64,000 bases of DNA, from positions 448,001 through 512,000 of the forward strand of contig CAWDXG010000004.1 of the NCBI GenBank assembly GCA_963806225.1. Direction: 5' to 3'. This DNA is from an uncultured delta proteobacterium. GTDB lineage: Bacteria > Myxococcota_A > Polyangia > Polyangiales > Polyangiaceae. Every line of letters starts with the position of its first letter. The stretch's first letter is position 1. The translations under genes were made by a program, and so were the position numbers. This document shows positions 11,016 through 20,697 of the stretch, piece by piece. Under the pieces are notes generated by a model. That model saw nothing but the letters and a program-made list of their open reading frames with translations, was not told the origin of the DNA and did no database searches.

Positions 11016-11608
11016 ACGGCCGCCGCTCCTGCCTGGTGTGGCTGGTGATGGCCGTGGCCCTGGCCGTGCTGGCCTCCGGCTGCGCGAAACGCGAAGCAGC
11101 GCAGCAGACACTGGAGTGCCCGGGCCTCGACGCCGGCAAGCCGGTGGATCCCGTGCTCCTTGCTTTCCTGTCGCGCGCGCGCGCGGCGCACCACCTCGCC
11201 GACCAATACGAGGAGCAGAAGGATCCAGCCGGCGCCATCGCGGCACTGCAAAAGCTCGTCCGCGGGCCGGTCCCGGGCGGCGCGAGCCCGCCGCCTGAAG
11301 CGCGCGAGGTGTTGTCGGACACCCGGGCGCGGCTTGCGGATCTGGAGAGCCAGCTGGGCCGCTTCGGCGACGCAACCGAGGACGTCGACGAGGGACTGAA
11401 GCTCGCCCCCGAGCCCAGCTACTACCAGGGTCACCTGTTCGAGGTCCGCGGCCTACTGGAGGAGCGCCGTTCCAAGCGGCTCGCGAAGGACGGCAAGACC
11501 GACCAGGCGAAGCAGGCGCGTGAGCGGGCGCTCCAGGCGTTCGAGAAGTCGATGCGCATCCAGGCGGGAGTCATCAAGAAGGCCGTGCCCGACGCGGGGT
11601 CCCCGTGA
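11012..11608 (+). CDS. Lipoprotein with TPR-like helices
   Basis: GTGA overlap; lipobox ASGC; LGRFGDATEDVDEGLKLAP TPR pattern. Confidence 0.7.
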   Translation: MNGRRSCLVWLVMAVALAVLASGCAKREAAQQTLECPGLDAGKPVDPVLLAFLSRARAAHHLADQYEEQKDPAGAIAALQKLVRGPVPGGASPPPEAREVLSDTRARLADLESQLGRFGDATEDVDEGLKLAPEPSYYQGHLFEVRGLLEERRSKRLAKDGKTDQAKQARERALQAFEKSMRIQAGVIKKAVPDAGSP

Positions 11609-12048
11609 AGCCGGGTCGCTGCCTGCTGGTGCTGCCGGGCCTGCTGCTCGCCGGCTGCGGTGGCGCTACCCGGTCAGCGGTGCCGAAGACGCCCGAAGCG
11701 CCCGCTGAAGCCCCCGGCCCGGCCGGGGGATATGCCGCGCCACCCAGCTCGATGCAGCAGCAGGAGCCAGCAAAAGGCGCGCCGCCTGCAGCCAAGGACG
11801 ATCGCGATCTCGACCAGCCGATGCCGACCCTCGAGGACGCGCTCTCGACATTCAACCAGGCCCAGGCACGCCTCTCGGCGAGCGGCAACAATTGCCGGAC
11901 CGCATGCCGAGCACTCGGCTCCATGCGGCGCTCCGCGGATCGCATCTGCGACCTCGAGCCGGCAGAGCCGCAAAATCGTTGCGAGCGTGCCCGGCGGCGG
12001 CTGCGCGACGCGGAGAAGCGCGTCCACAGCGGCTGCGGCGAGTGCTAG
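11605..12048 (+). CDS. Small lipoprotein with Cys-rich C-terminal helical domain
   Basis: Lipobox LAGC; CRTAC..IC..C..CGEC. Confidence 0.7.
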   Translation: MKPGRCLLVLPGLLLAGCGGATRSAVPKTPEAPAEAPGPAGGYAAPPSSMQQQEPAKGAPPAAKDDRDLDQPMPTLEDALSTFNQAQARLSASGNNCRTACRALGSMRRSADRICDLEPAEPQNRCERARRRLRDAEKRVHSGCGEC

Positions 12049-12058
12049 AAGCGCCGGA

Positions 12059-12994
12059 GTGCGAAGCCGGGCGGCACCGACGAGCCTCGACCTCTGCGAC
12101 CTGCGCCGCGGAGGCAGCTGGACACTACGCCAGAAGCTGAAGAACGCGTCGCTCCTCGTCGCCATCCGCTTTCTGCTCTTCATCGCCGACCGCATGCCGC
12201 GCGCCGCGTTGATCACCACTGGCAGCGCTCTGGGGCGCCTGTGCCACGGTCTGTTCCGGAGCGAGCGGCGGCAGGGGCGGGAGCTGGCAGAGCAGGCATT
12301 GCCGACCCTTGCCGCGCGCCGCCTGGTGCGCCGGAGCTTCGAGAACGCGGGACGCAACCTGGCACAGTGTCTGCTGCTGCGACGCCCGACGCCCGCGGCG
12401 CTGGAGCTGATCGAGGTCAACGAGCTCTCGCGCCGCACGCTCGAGGCTGCACTCGCCGAAGGGCGCGGCGCCGTGTTCGTGAGCCCCCATCTGGGCCCGT
12501 TCGAGCTCGTCGCTGCGGCGGTCGCGGAGCTGGGACACCGACCGGTCGCGGTGGTCCGCGAGAGCTACGATCCGCGCCTGGACCCGATCGTCGACGCGCA
12601 CCGACAGCTCAGGGGAGTCGGCGTGATCCACCGGGGGCACCCCGGCGCTCCGCTGCGGATCGTGCGCGCGCTGCGCGAGGGGCGCCCGGTCGGATTCCTG
12701 CCCGATCTCCCGAGCCGCGTACCGAGCGTCAGGTGCCGACTGCTCGGCAGGCCCTGGCAGCTGCCCGTCGGACCCCAGCGCATCGCGATCCGCTGCGCGA
12801 GCCCGTTGCTGGTCGGCTCGCTGGTCCCGGCGCGACGGCCGGCCGAAAGGCCGGCAGCGTTTGGGCTTGAAATCCGCCAAATCGAGCCCAGCGACGACGA
12901 GCTAGTCTTGACGCAACGCGTAGCCGACGCGCTGTCCGACGCCATCCGCCAGCTGCCCGATCATTGGCTTTGGATGGCGCCGAGGCATCGGTGA
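12059..12994 (+). CDS. LpxL/HtrB-family lipid acyltransferase (start uncertain)
   Basis: ALAEGRGAVFVSPHLGPFE (HxxxxE), ALREGRPVGFLPD, IRQLPDHWLW. Confidence 0.85.
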   Translation: MRSRAAPTSLDLCDLRRGGSWTLRQKLKNASLLVAIRFLLFIADRMPRAALITTGSALGRLCHGLFRSERRQGRELAEQALPTLAARRLVRRSFENAGRNLAQCLLLRRPTPAALELIEVNELSRRTLEAALAEGRGAVFVSPHLGPFELVAAAVAELGHRPVAVVRESYDPRLDPIVDAHRQLRGVGVIHRGHPGAPLRIVRALREGRPVGFLPDLPSRVPSVRCRLLGRPWQLPVGPQRIAIRCASPLLVGSLVPARRPAERPAAFGLEIRQIEPSDDELVLTQRVADALSDAIRQLPDHWLWMAPRHR

Positions 12995-13108
12995 TTGCAG
13001 AGGAATCCGCCCCGACGATAGACTTCCCCGCTATGTGACGAGTCGCGAACCGGCGACCTCCCGGAGCGGAGGCCGGCGGGCACGGCCGCCCGGGGGTCTC
13101 TGCACAAG

Positions 13109-14644
13109 GTGGACACGAACGAACCAAGCCGCTTGCCCCGGCCCATCGAGGGCGTCGACATGCGAAAGCTGCCGATCGGGCCGGAAGAAGCGTTCGTGCT
13201 GTCACGCGTCGACGGGCACACGAGCGAAGCCGATATCGCGGCGGCCACCGGGCTGGCCACGGAGCGGGTGCGCGACAGTCTGGCGCGCCTGCTGGAGCTC
13301 GGGGCTATCGCCATCGAGACGCCACCCGACGTCGCCCCGCCTCCCCCGCCGCCGCGGCGCCATGAGGCGGCCCATTCCCGCCACCTGCTCGATCACCCGG
13401 TGATCGAGGCCGCGAGCGAGCACCAGGACCAGGGGCACCCGGCAGCGGCGCTCTACGACCCCGCCGAGCTGGACGAGGAAGTCGACCTCGACCTGCCACG
13501 CAAGCGCGGCATCCTCGACCTGTTCTACCGGCTCGATTCGGTCAACCACTACCAGCTCCTCGACGTTCCGGTGGACGCGGACAAGAAGGCCGTGAAGGAC
13601 GCGTACTACCGGGTCGTCACGGTCTTCCACCCCGACCGCTACTTCGGAAAGAACGTCGGCGCGTTCAAGCCGAAACTGGAGAAGATCTTTGGGCGCCTCA
13701 CCGAAGCGCACGACATCCTGACGCGGAAACGCTCACGCGAGGAATACGACCAGTACCTGGCGACCCAGCAGAGAAACCAGACGCTGGAGCGCATGATGAG
13801 CGACGAGCGCTCGCAGCTGCAGGAGCTGGAGCGCGTACGGCGCACGATCGAGGAACAGGCGCGTATGGCGGAACGCGCCGCGCACAACGCTTCGCCGGAA
13901 GGTGCGGGACCGACGCGCACGAGCTCGTCGCCTACCGTGTCGGTGCCCCCACGTTCCGACCCCGAAGCCCGGCGGCGCGCCCTGGCCCGCAAGCTCGGGC
14001 GAAGCAGCCTCCGGCCGCCGGCGCCCAACACGACACCGGCGCCTGCCTCGGCCGGTCCGACCGACAGAGCTGCGCTCAAGGACGAGCTCCGGCGCCGCTA
14101 CGAACAACGGCTCGCCGGCGTCAAGGGCGAACAGATCCAGCGCTATTTGGAGGCCGCAGAGCAGTCGCTCCAGGACGGTAACCCCGTGTCGGCCGCCAAC
14201 GCGCTGCGCATCGCCGTGTCGCTGGACCCCAGCGACCAGGATCTCGCAGCGCGCCTTGACTCACTCCAGGCACGCGCCAACGCGGAACTGGCGCAGAGCT
14301 ACCTCGACCAGGCCCAGTACGAAGAGCGCAGCGGCCGCTACCTGGAGGCCGCGCAGTCGTACGAGCGCGCGGCGCGAGGCAAGCCCAACGCGCGCGTGTT
14401 CGAACGCGCTGCCCACTGTCTTCTCGAGGCGCAGGCCGACCTCCGCAAGGCCGGCGAGCTGGCGCGCGAGGCCGTCAGTCTGGCGCCCGATCAGGCACCG
14501 GCGCGAACCACCCTGGCCCGCATCTACCTCGCGGCGGACATGAAACAGAGCGCGCTGGCGGAGTTCGAGCGAGCCGTCCAGCTTGCGCCCGGCGACGAAA
14601 CCATCAAGAACTGGATCAAACGCATCAAACGCGGCGAAGTTTGA
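13109..14644 (+). CDS. J-domain protein with N-terminal wHTH-like module and C-terminal TPRs
   Basis: HYQLLDV..KDAYY..FHPDRY J domain; several TPR-like repeats. Confidence 0.85.
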   Translation: MDTNEPSRLPRPIEGVDMRKLPIGPEEAFVLSRVDGHTSEADIAAATGLATERVRDSLARLLELGAIAIETPPDVAPPPPPPRRHEAAHSRHLLDHPVIEAASEHQDQGHPAAALYDPAELDEEVDLDLPRKRGILDLFYRLDSVNHYQLLDVPVDADKKAVKDAYYRVVTVFHPDRYFGKNVGAFKPKLEKIFGRLTEAHDILTRKRSREEYDQYLATQQRNQTLERMMSDERSQLQELERVRRTIEEQARMAERAAHNASPEGAGPTRTSSSPTVSVPPRSDPEARRRALARKLGRSSLRPPAPNTTPAPASAGPTDRAALKDELRRRYEQRLAGVKGEQIQRYLEAAEQSLQDGNPVSAANALRIAVSLDPSDQDLAARLDSLQARANAELAQSYLDQAQYEERSGRYLEAAQSYERAARGKPNARVFERAAHCLLEAQADLRKAGELAREAVSLAPDQAPARTTLARIYLAADMKQSALAEFERAVQLAPGDETIKNWIKRIKRGEV

Positions 14645-14661
14645 CGGGACGAAAGGCATAC

Positions 14662-16488
14662 ATGGAACGCGTTATCGGCATCGATCTCGGAACCACCAAT
14701 TCCTGCGTGGCGGTTCTGGAAGGCGACACCCCGACGGTCATCCCCAACCGGGGCGGCTACAAGACGACGCCGAGCATCGTCGCCGTGACCGAAGCGGGGA
14801 AACGCCTCGTCGGGCACATCGCCAAGCGACAGGCGATCACCAACGCGGAGAACACCGTCTACGCCGCGAAGCGACTGATCGGCCGCAAGTGGAACTCGCC
14901 GCAGGTGAAGAACGCTCTCATCACGTCAAGCTACACGATCGTCGAGGGCCCACACGCGGACGTGCGCATCAAGCTCCGCGACAAGACCTATTCAGTGCCG
15001 GAGCTTAGCTCCATGGTGCTGCAGGAGATGAAGATCGTCGCCGAGGACTATCTCGGTGAAACGGTCAACAAGGCCGTGGTCACGGTCCCCGCCTACTTCA
15101 ACGACAACCAGCGACAGGCCACCAAGGACGCGGGCGCCATCGCCGGTCTCGACGTGATCCGGATCATCAACGAGCCGACGGCCGCCTCGCTGGCCTACGG
15201 CTTCGGCAAGGGGCTCGACAAGACCGTCGCGGTGTACGACCTCGGCGGCGGCACGTTCGATATCAGCATTCTGGAGATCGGCGCGCACGGAGTCTTCAAG
15301 GTGATCAGCACGACAGGCGACACCTTCCTCGGAGGCGAGGACTTCGACGCGCGCATCATCGACTGGCTGGTGCAGAGCTTCCAGGAAGAGCAGGAGATCG
15401 ATCTCCGGCAGGACCGCATGGCGCTGCAGCGCCTGCGCGATGCGGCGGAGAAGGCGAAGTGCGAGCTTTCCAGCGTCCGCGAGACGGAAGTCAACCTTCC
15501 ATTCATCATCTCGACGGGCCGCAACGAAGCGCTGCACCTTCAACGCTCGCTGTCCCGCGACACGCTCGAGACCCTGGCCGAGGATCTGGTCGAGCGCACC
15601 GTCGACATCTGCCGACAGGCGCTGGCCGACGCGAAGCTCGACGCAGACGAGATCGAGGACGTGATCCTGGTGGGCGGCATGACACGCATGCCGGCGATAC
15701 AACGCGCCGTCGCCGACTTCTTCCAGCGCGAGCCCAACAAGGGGGTGCATCCGGACGAAGTCGTGGCGCTCGGCGCAGCCATCCAGGGCGCCGCGCTCAT
15801 CGAGGACAAGCACGAGATGATCCTCCTCGACGTGACGCCGCACGCGCTCGGCATCATGACGTTCGGCAGCTATTTCGAAGAGCTCGTGCCACAGAACACG
15901 ACCGTCCCGACGAGCCGCACGAAGATCTTCACGACCAGCCGCGACAACCAGACCGCCGTGAAGATCCTGGTGATGCAGGGCGAGAGCAAGAAGGCGGACG
16001 AGAACGAGCTGCTCGGAGAATTCATCCTCACTGGCCTCAGACGCGCGCCGAAGGGGCACGTGGAGATCGAGGTCACATTCGAGATCAACACCGACGGCAT
16101 CGTCAGCGTTCACGCGAAGGATCTCGAAACCGGCCAGGCCCAGTCGATCCAGGTGACGGCAACCAGCGGGCTGACGCAGGACGAGATCAAGAACATGATG
16201 GAAAGCGCCCACGACTACATGGTCGAACGGCGCACCGACGAGAAATTCGAAGCAGCGCGGCAGGAAGCAGAAACGTTGATCGACGAGATCGAGCAACTCT
16301 TCCCCGAGGTCGAGCGCGTGGTGGGAACCGCCGACTTCGGCCGTGACGCCATCACCAAGGCCAGGAGCGTGCTCGACAAGGCGCGCAAGGCCATCGAGCA
16401 GAAGGACACGGAGGCTGTTCAGGCGCAGGTCGAGCAGCTTTCGAGAACGCAGCGCATGTTCAAGGGCGTCGTCGCGCGGGCGCAGTAG
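14662..16488 (+). CDS. dnaK: Hsp70/DnaK paralog
   Basis: GIDLGTTNS, TVPAYFND, INEPTAA, DLGGGTFD, LVGGMTRMP; no acidic C-terminal tail. Confidence 0.95.
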   Translation: MERVIGIDLGTTNSCVAVLEGDTPTVIPNRGGYKTTPSIVAVTEAGKRLVGHIAKRQAITNAENTVYAAKRLIGRKWNSPQVKNALITSSYTIVEGPHADVRIKLRDKTYSVPELSSMVLQEMKIVAEDYLGETVNKAVVTVPAYFNDNQRQATKDAGAIAGLDVIRIINEPTAASLAYGFGKGLDKTVAVYDLGGGTFDISILEIGAHGVFKVISTTGDTFLGGEDFDARIIDWLVQSFQEEQEIDLRQDRMALQRLRDAAEKAKCELSSVRETEVNLPFIISTGRNEALHLQRSLSRDTLETLAEDLVERTVDICRQALADAKLDADEIEDVILVGGMTRMPAIQRAVADFFQREPNKGVHPDEVVALGAAIQGAALIEDKHEMILLDVTPHALGIMTFGSYFEELVPQNTTVPTSRTKIFTTSRDNQTAVKILVMQGESKKADENELLGEFILTGLRRAPKGHVEIEVTFEINTDGIVSVHAKDLETGQAQSIQVTATSGLTQDEIKNMMESAHDYMVERRTDEKFEAARQEAETLIDEIEQLFPEVERVVGTADFGRDAITKARSVLDKARKAIEQKDTEAVQAQVEQLSRTQRMFKGVVARAQ

Positions 16489-16523
16489 CGGAAGGGATCC
16501 GATCCAGAGGTCAGGAACGCTGC

Positions 16524-17591
16524 ATGGGGCAGGACAACCGCCACGGAAGGAGCTCCGTACCGGACTCGATGCCTCCGGAGCTCGACGATATCGACTCGAG
16601 CTGGGATGATGATCTCCCTCTCGACGAGAGCGCGGAGATCCCCATCGCCGACCCCGCGAGCGAGCTGGACATCGACCGCGTCACCGCCGTCCCTGTCATT
16701 CCGACCGAGCAATATGCCGCCCAGCTCATGGCGGAAGTCGAAGCGACGGCGCCAGCGCCCGGCCAGGCGGAGCCGGAGGAGGAAGAAGGGCCCGGCTCGC
16801 TCCCGGACATCGAGTTCGACGAGCCGGATCTGGAGCCGGGGTCGGGACTACGCGCGCTCGACGAGGCGCCACCGGAAGAACCACGCCTTGTGGTGCTCCC
16901 CGACGAGCCGCTCCCCGAGCTGCCGAGGCAGCCTCCGTCGGAGGCACCTGCTCCGGACCCGACCCGGTCGCTCGGGCTGAGCGAACCGGGCAGCGCCGAC
17001 ACGCATACGATACCGCCACTGATCGACCAGGACGCGGTGCCGACCGCACCGCCGCCCCGCGCAAGGCGAGCGCCGAGCCGGGAGTTCGACGATCTCTCGC
17101 TCGACCTCTCCGACCCCGCGGGGCCTCCGCTCGACCCCGTCGAGGACCGCGTCACACCGGCGGTACCCTCGCTCGAGCTCGACCTGCCCAGCGCGCCCGA
17201 CGCCGCGGATCAGGATCCCGCTCTGGCGAACATGAAGGACCGCTATGCCATGGGCGACTTCACAGGCGCCCTCGTGATCGCCGAGAGCATGCTCGAAACC
17301 GATCCCGACGATCTGGAGGCCCAGCGCTACGTACAGAGCTGCCGCGAGGTGCTCACGCAGATGTATGCCGCGCGACTCGGCCAGCTCGACCAGAGAGCCG
17401 TTGTCGCCATCCCGGCCGACCAGATCCGCTGGCTTTCCCTGGACCACCGCGCGGGGTTCCTGCTTTCCCTCATCGACGGCAGCTCGAGCATCGAGGAGCT
17501 CCTGGACATCAGCGGCATGACGCGCCTCGATGCGCTCAGGATCCTCTACAATCTGCTCGAGCAGCGCGTCGTTGCGCTCGAACCGGCGTGA
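16524..17591 (+). CDS. Hypothetical protein: acidic/Pro-rich region, TPR-like helix pair, C-terminal wHTH-like domain
   Basis: D/E/P-rich first 230 aa; LDHRAGFLLSLIDGSSSIEELLDISGM. Confidence 0.75.
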   Translation: MGQDNRHGRSSVPDSMPPELDDIDSSWDDDLPLDESAEIPIADPASELDIDRVTAVPVIPTEQYAAQLMAEVEATAPAPGQAEPEEEEGPGSLPDIEFDEPDLEPGSGLRALDEAPPEEPRLVVLPDEPLPELPRQPPSEAPAPDPTRSLGLSEPGSADTHTIPPLIDQDAVPTAPPPRARRAPSREFDDLSLDLSDPAGPPLDPVEDRVTPAVPSLELDLPSAPDAADQDPALANMKDRYAMGDFTGALVIAESMLETDPDDLEAQRYVQSCREVLTQMYAARLGQLDQRAVVAIPADQIRWLSLDHRAGFLLSLIDGSSSIEELLDISGMTRLDALRILYNLLEQRVVALEPA

Positions 17592-19696
17592 TGCCTCGAC
17601 GTGGCGGAGTGCGCCGCCGTCTGCTGTCGCCCTGGACTGCCGTGCAGCTTGCTCTGGGCCTGCTCGCTGGTGGGGTCGCCGTCACGCTGCTCGCCGCGGC
17701 CCAGCCGGCGGCTTCCGCGTTGGTGCCGGTTCTGCGCGGGAGCGCGGACAGCGTCGGCTCTGCCCTCCCCGAGGTGAAGAGTCTGCGACCGGGCGCGCCT
17801 CCGCGTCAGGTCGGTGCACGCTATGATCACGACGCCGCCATGCCCAGGCACGCGGAGGACATCGCCTCCTACACCCTCCGCGTACGGCTCGATCCCGGAA
17901 AGCACACCCTCACCGCCAAGGGGACCATCCGCTGGAAGAACGCCTCCAGCAAACCCGCCCACGAGCTCTGGCTCCACCTCTACCTCAACGCTTTCAAGAA
18001 CGACCGGACCCTGTTCCTTCGTTCTCCTTTCGGCGCCGGGCGCAGCGGCCAAAAGGCCCATGAGTGGGGCTACATCGACGTCCACAAGCTGGTCGCCCGC
18101 GAGCTCGGGAACGTCGATCTGTGGAAGCATGCCGCCAGGCACAGCCCCGACGACCCCGACGACCAGACCGACATCCGGGTTCCGCTCCCGAAGCCGGTCG
18201 AGCCGGGCCAGACCCTGACGCTGGACACGGCGTGGACGGCTCGCCTGCCGGAAATCGTGGAGCGCACCGGCTACAGCGGGTCGTTCGATTTCGTGGGCCA
18301 GTGGTTTCCCAAGCTCGCGCGCCGCGACCCCGACGGTACCTGGGTGCACTTCGAGTTCCACCCGCAGAGTGAGTTCTATGCGGACTACGGGCGCTACGAC
18401 GTGACCATCGACGTGCCGGAGTCGATGCGCGTCGGAGCCACCGGACCGCGTGTTTCGTCCCACGTCAGCGGTGGCCGTCGCGTCGTACGTCATGTCATCG
18501 ACAACGTCCACGACTTCGCCTGGTCGGCCTGGGACAAATTCAAGGAGAAGCACGAGCGCATCGACGGTGTGAACGTGCGCGTTCTGTACCCACCCGGCCA
18601 GGACGACAACGCGCGCCGCGAGCTCGACGCCGTCCGCTTCACCTTGCCTTTCTACAGTCGCCTGTACGGGCGCTACCCCTACCCCGTCCTCACCCTCGTG
18701 CACCCGCCGGAATACGCACGGAACTCGGGCGGGATGGAGTATCCGACGCTCATCAGCACCGGCGGTCCGTGGTACGCCGGTGCGCTCGGCGTGCGCATCG
18801 TCGAGGACGTCACCATCCACGAGCTCGGCCACCAGTGGTTCTACGGGCTGGTCGCAACCGACGAGCACGCCTGGCCATTTCTGGACGAGGGTCTGAACAC
18901 GTTCGCCGAGGGCACCGCGATGCGCGCCCACTATGGCGACGGCTCGCTCGTGGATGCCTTGGGTCTCCAGGTAAGCGACCGCGCCTTCCGCCGCGCCGCC
19001 TCCTCCGCCTACGGCCATGACCAGCTCGTGGCACTTCCGGCCCCGCGCTTCGCCGACTTCCGCGAGATGGGCGCCATCGTCTACGCGCGAACAGGCACCA
19101 TCATGCACACGGTTGCCAACGTGTACGGCGAAGACCGCGTGCAACGCGCGCTGGGACGCTACGCACGGCGCTATCGCTTCCAGCACCCCGGGCCGCAACA
19201 CTTCCTGGGCGTCATGCGGGAGGTGCTGGGCGAAGACGCGGCCGACAACCTCGAAGACGCCTTGTTCCACCGCGGCTGGGTCGACTACGTGGTCCGCGAC
19301 CTGCAGACCGCACGCGTGCGCCCGCCGGGTGGGATATTCGATCGCGCTTCAGGGCGGGAAACCGTGCCGCGCGAAGCTACGGGAAGCGCCAGCGAGTGGG
19401 TCGGACGCGTGCTGGTGTTCCGGCACGGGAGCCTGCGCTTTCCGGTGGACGTCGAGTTGGTCTCGCGCGACGGCCGCCGCACGCGCCGTCACTGGAACGG
19501 CCGCGGCACGTGGACCAGCATCGAGTACCGGGGCCCGAGCCCGCTGGTCGGCGCGGTCGTGGATCCCGACCAACGCATCGCGCTCGACGACAATCTCCTG
19601 AACAATGCCATCAGCTCCAGCCCCGGCGGCGCGCCTCGCAGCCTGGAGCGGGGCCTCTACGCCGCAGAGCTCCTGCTCGGCGCACTCGGTCCGTGA
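17588..19696 (+). CDS. Secreted or membrane-anchored M1-family aminopeptidase
   Basis: GGMEYP, HELGHQW, LDEG; N-terminal hydrophobic segment. Confidence 0.9.
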   Translation: MMPRRGGVRRRLLSPWTAVQLALGLLAGGVAVTLLAAAQPAASALVPVLRGSADSVGSALPEVKSLRPGAPPRQVGARYDHDAAMPRHAEDIASYTLRVRLDPGKHTLTAKGTIRWKNASSKPAHELWLHLYLNAFKNDRTLFLRSPFGAGRSGQKAHEWGYIDVHKLVARELGNVDLWKHAARHSPDDPDDQTDIRVPLPKPVEPGQTLTLDTAWTARLPEIVERTGYSGSFDFVGQWFPKLARRDPDGTWVHFEFHPQSEFYADYGRYDVTIDVPESMRVGATGPRVSSHVSGGRRVVRHVIDNVHDFAWSAWDKFKEKHERIDGVNVRVLYPPGQDDNARRELDAVRFTLPFYSRLYGRYPYPVLTLVHPPEYARNSGGMEYPTLISTGGPWYAGALGVRIVEDVTIHELGHQWFYGLVATDEHAWPFLDEGLNTFAEGTAMRAHYGDGSLVDALGLQVSDRAFRRAASSAYGHDQLVALPAPRFADFREMGAIVYARTGTIMHTVANVYGEDRVQRALGRYARRYRFQHPGPQHFLGVMREVLGEDAADNLEDALFHRGWVDYVVRDLQTARVRPPGGIFDRASGRETVPREATGSASEWVGRVLVFRHGSLRFPVDVELVSRDGRRTRRHWNGRGTWTSIEYRGPSPLVGAVVDPDQRIALDDNLLNNAISSSPGGAPRSLERGLYAAELLLGALGP

Positions 19697-20697
19697 GCGT
19701 AGCGGTGGACGACGCAAAGGAGCCGGCGCTGCTCGAAACACCGGCGATCCGCGCGCAGCGGCGCCCCGGTGGTGTGCTCGCGTTCTGGGCGCTCCGCCTG
19801 CTCGCCGCGTGGCTGCTGGCGGCGCCGATCGCAGGGGCCCTGGGCGGCAGCGGAGTTTCGCGCTTTCCAGAAGGCGACGCGCTCCTGTTCGCACCTGGCG
19901 CTACGTACCTGATGGAAGCACTGCGCCGCGGACTCGGACCGCTGGTCGCAGGCCTACAGAATGCGGCGTGGTTCGCGGTGATCCTCGGCTATCTCTCTCT
20001 GGTGCCGCTGGCCGGGCTTCTGTACGCGCTCTGCCACGCAGGCCGTCTCCGCCCGGGAGACGTGGCGCGGGCGGCGCTCGAACAGCTGGCGCCTTTCACC
20101 CTGCTCGCCGGCCTCACCCTGCTGGCGCAGGCGGCGGTGGCGGTCCTCGGAATCATCCTGGTCTCCGTACTGCGCGCGTCCATCTACGCATCCATGGACG
20201 TGCGCAGCGCCGACCTGTGGCTGCTCGGCGCCGTGGGGCTCGTACTCCTGGTCGTGCTCTGGGTCGGCCTGGTCGAGGATCTCGCGCGAGCGGCGTTGGT
20301 GCGCCACCAGCGGGGGCTCGGCAGCGCGCTCTCCAGGGCGCTCCACACCGCGAGGCAGCGTCCGCTCGCGGCGCTATCCGCATGGCTCGTGCCCGCGATC
20401 TGGAGCATCGCTGTGGTAGCCGTGGGCGCTCTGGCAGTCGGGCGCCTGCACGTCGAGCACGGCGGCTCCTGGCGCGTGCTGGGTGCCCTGGCTCTGCACC
20501 AGCTGGTCGCTCTGGCGCTGGTCGGGTTGAAGGCCCAGTGGCTCGCAGCCGCGCTCCGGCTCGTCGGCGAGCCGGAGCAGCCGGACCGGGACAGCGTCAC
20601 GCCGCGGCGGTGGCTCCGATGGTCTGGCGGAACACCTGCACGTAGCGCCGCGCAGGGCGATCCCAGCCCAGGTCCAGGCGCATCATCCGGCGCCTGA
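19693..20697 (+). CDS. Polytopic membrane protein
   Basis: GTGA overlap with peptidase stop; about 6 hydrophobic segments; 3' end overlaps the glgA-like gene. Confidence 0.7.
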   Translation: MSVAVDDAKEPALLETPAIRAQRRPGGVLAFWALRLLAAWLLAAPIAGALGGSGVSRFPEGDALLFAPGATYLMEALRRGLGPLVAGLQNAAWFAVILGYLSLVPLAGLLYALCHAGRLRPGDVARAALEQLAPFTLLAGLTLLAQAAVAVLGIILVSVLRASIYASMDVRSADLWLLGAVGLVLLVVLWVGLVEDLARAALVRHQRGLGSALSRALHTARQRPLAALSAWLVPAIWSIAVVAVGALAVGRLHVEHGGSWRVLGALALHQLVALALVGLKAQWLAAALRLVGEPEQPDRDSVTPRRWLRWSGGTPARSAAQGDPSPGPGASSGA

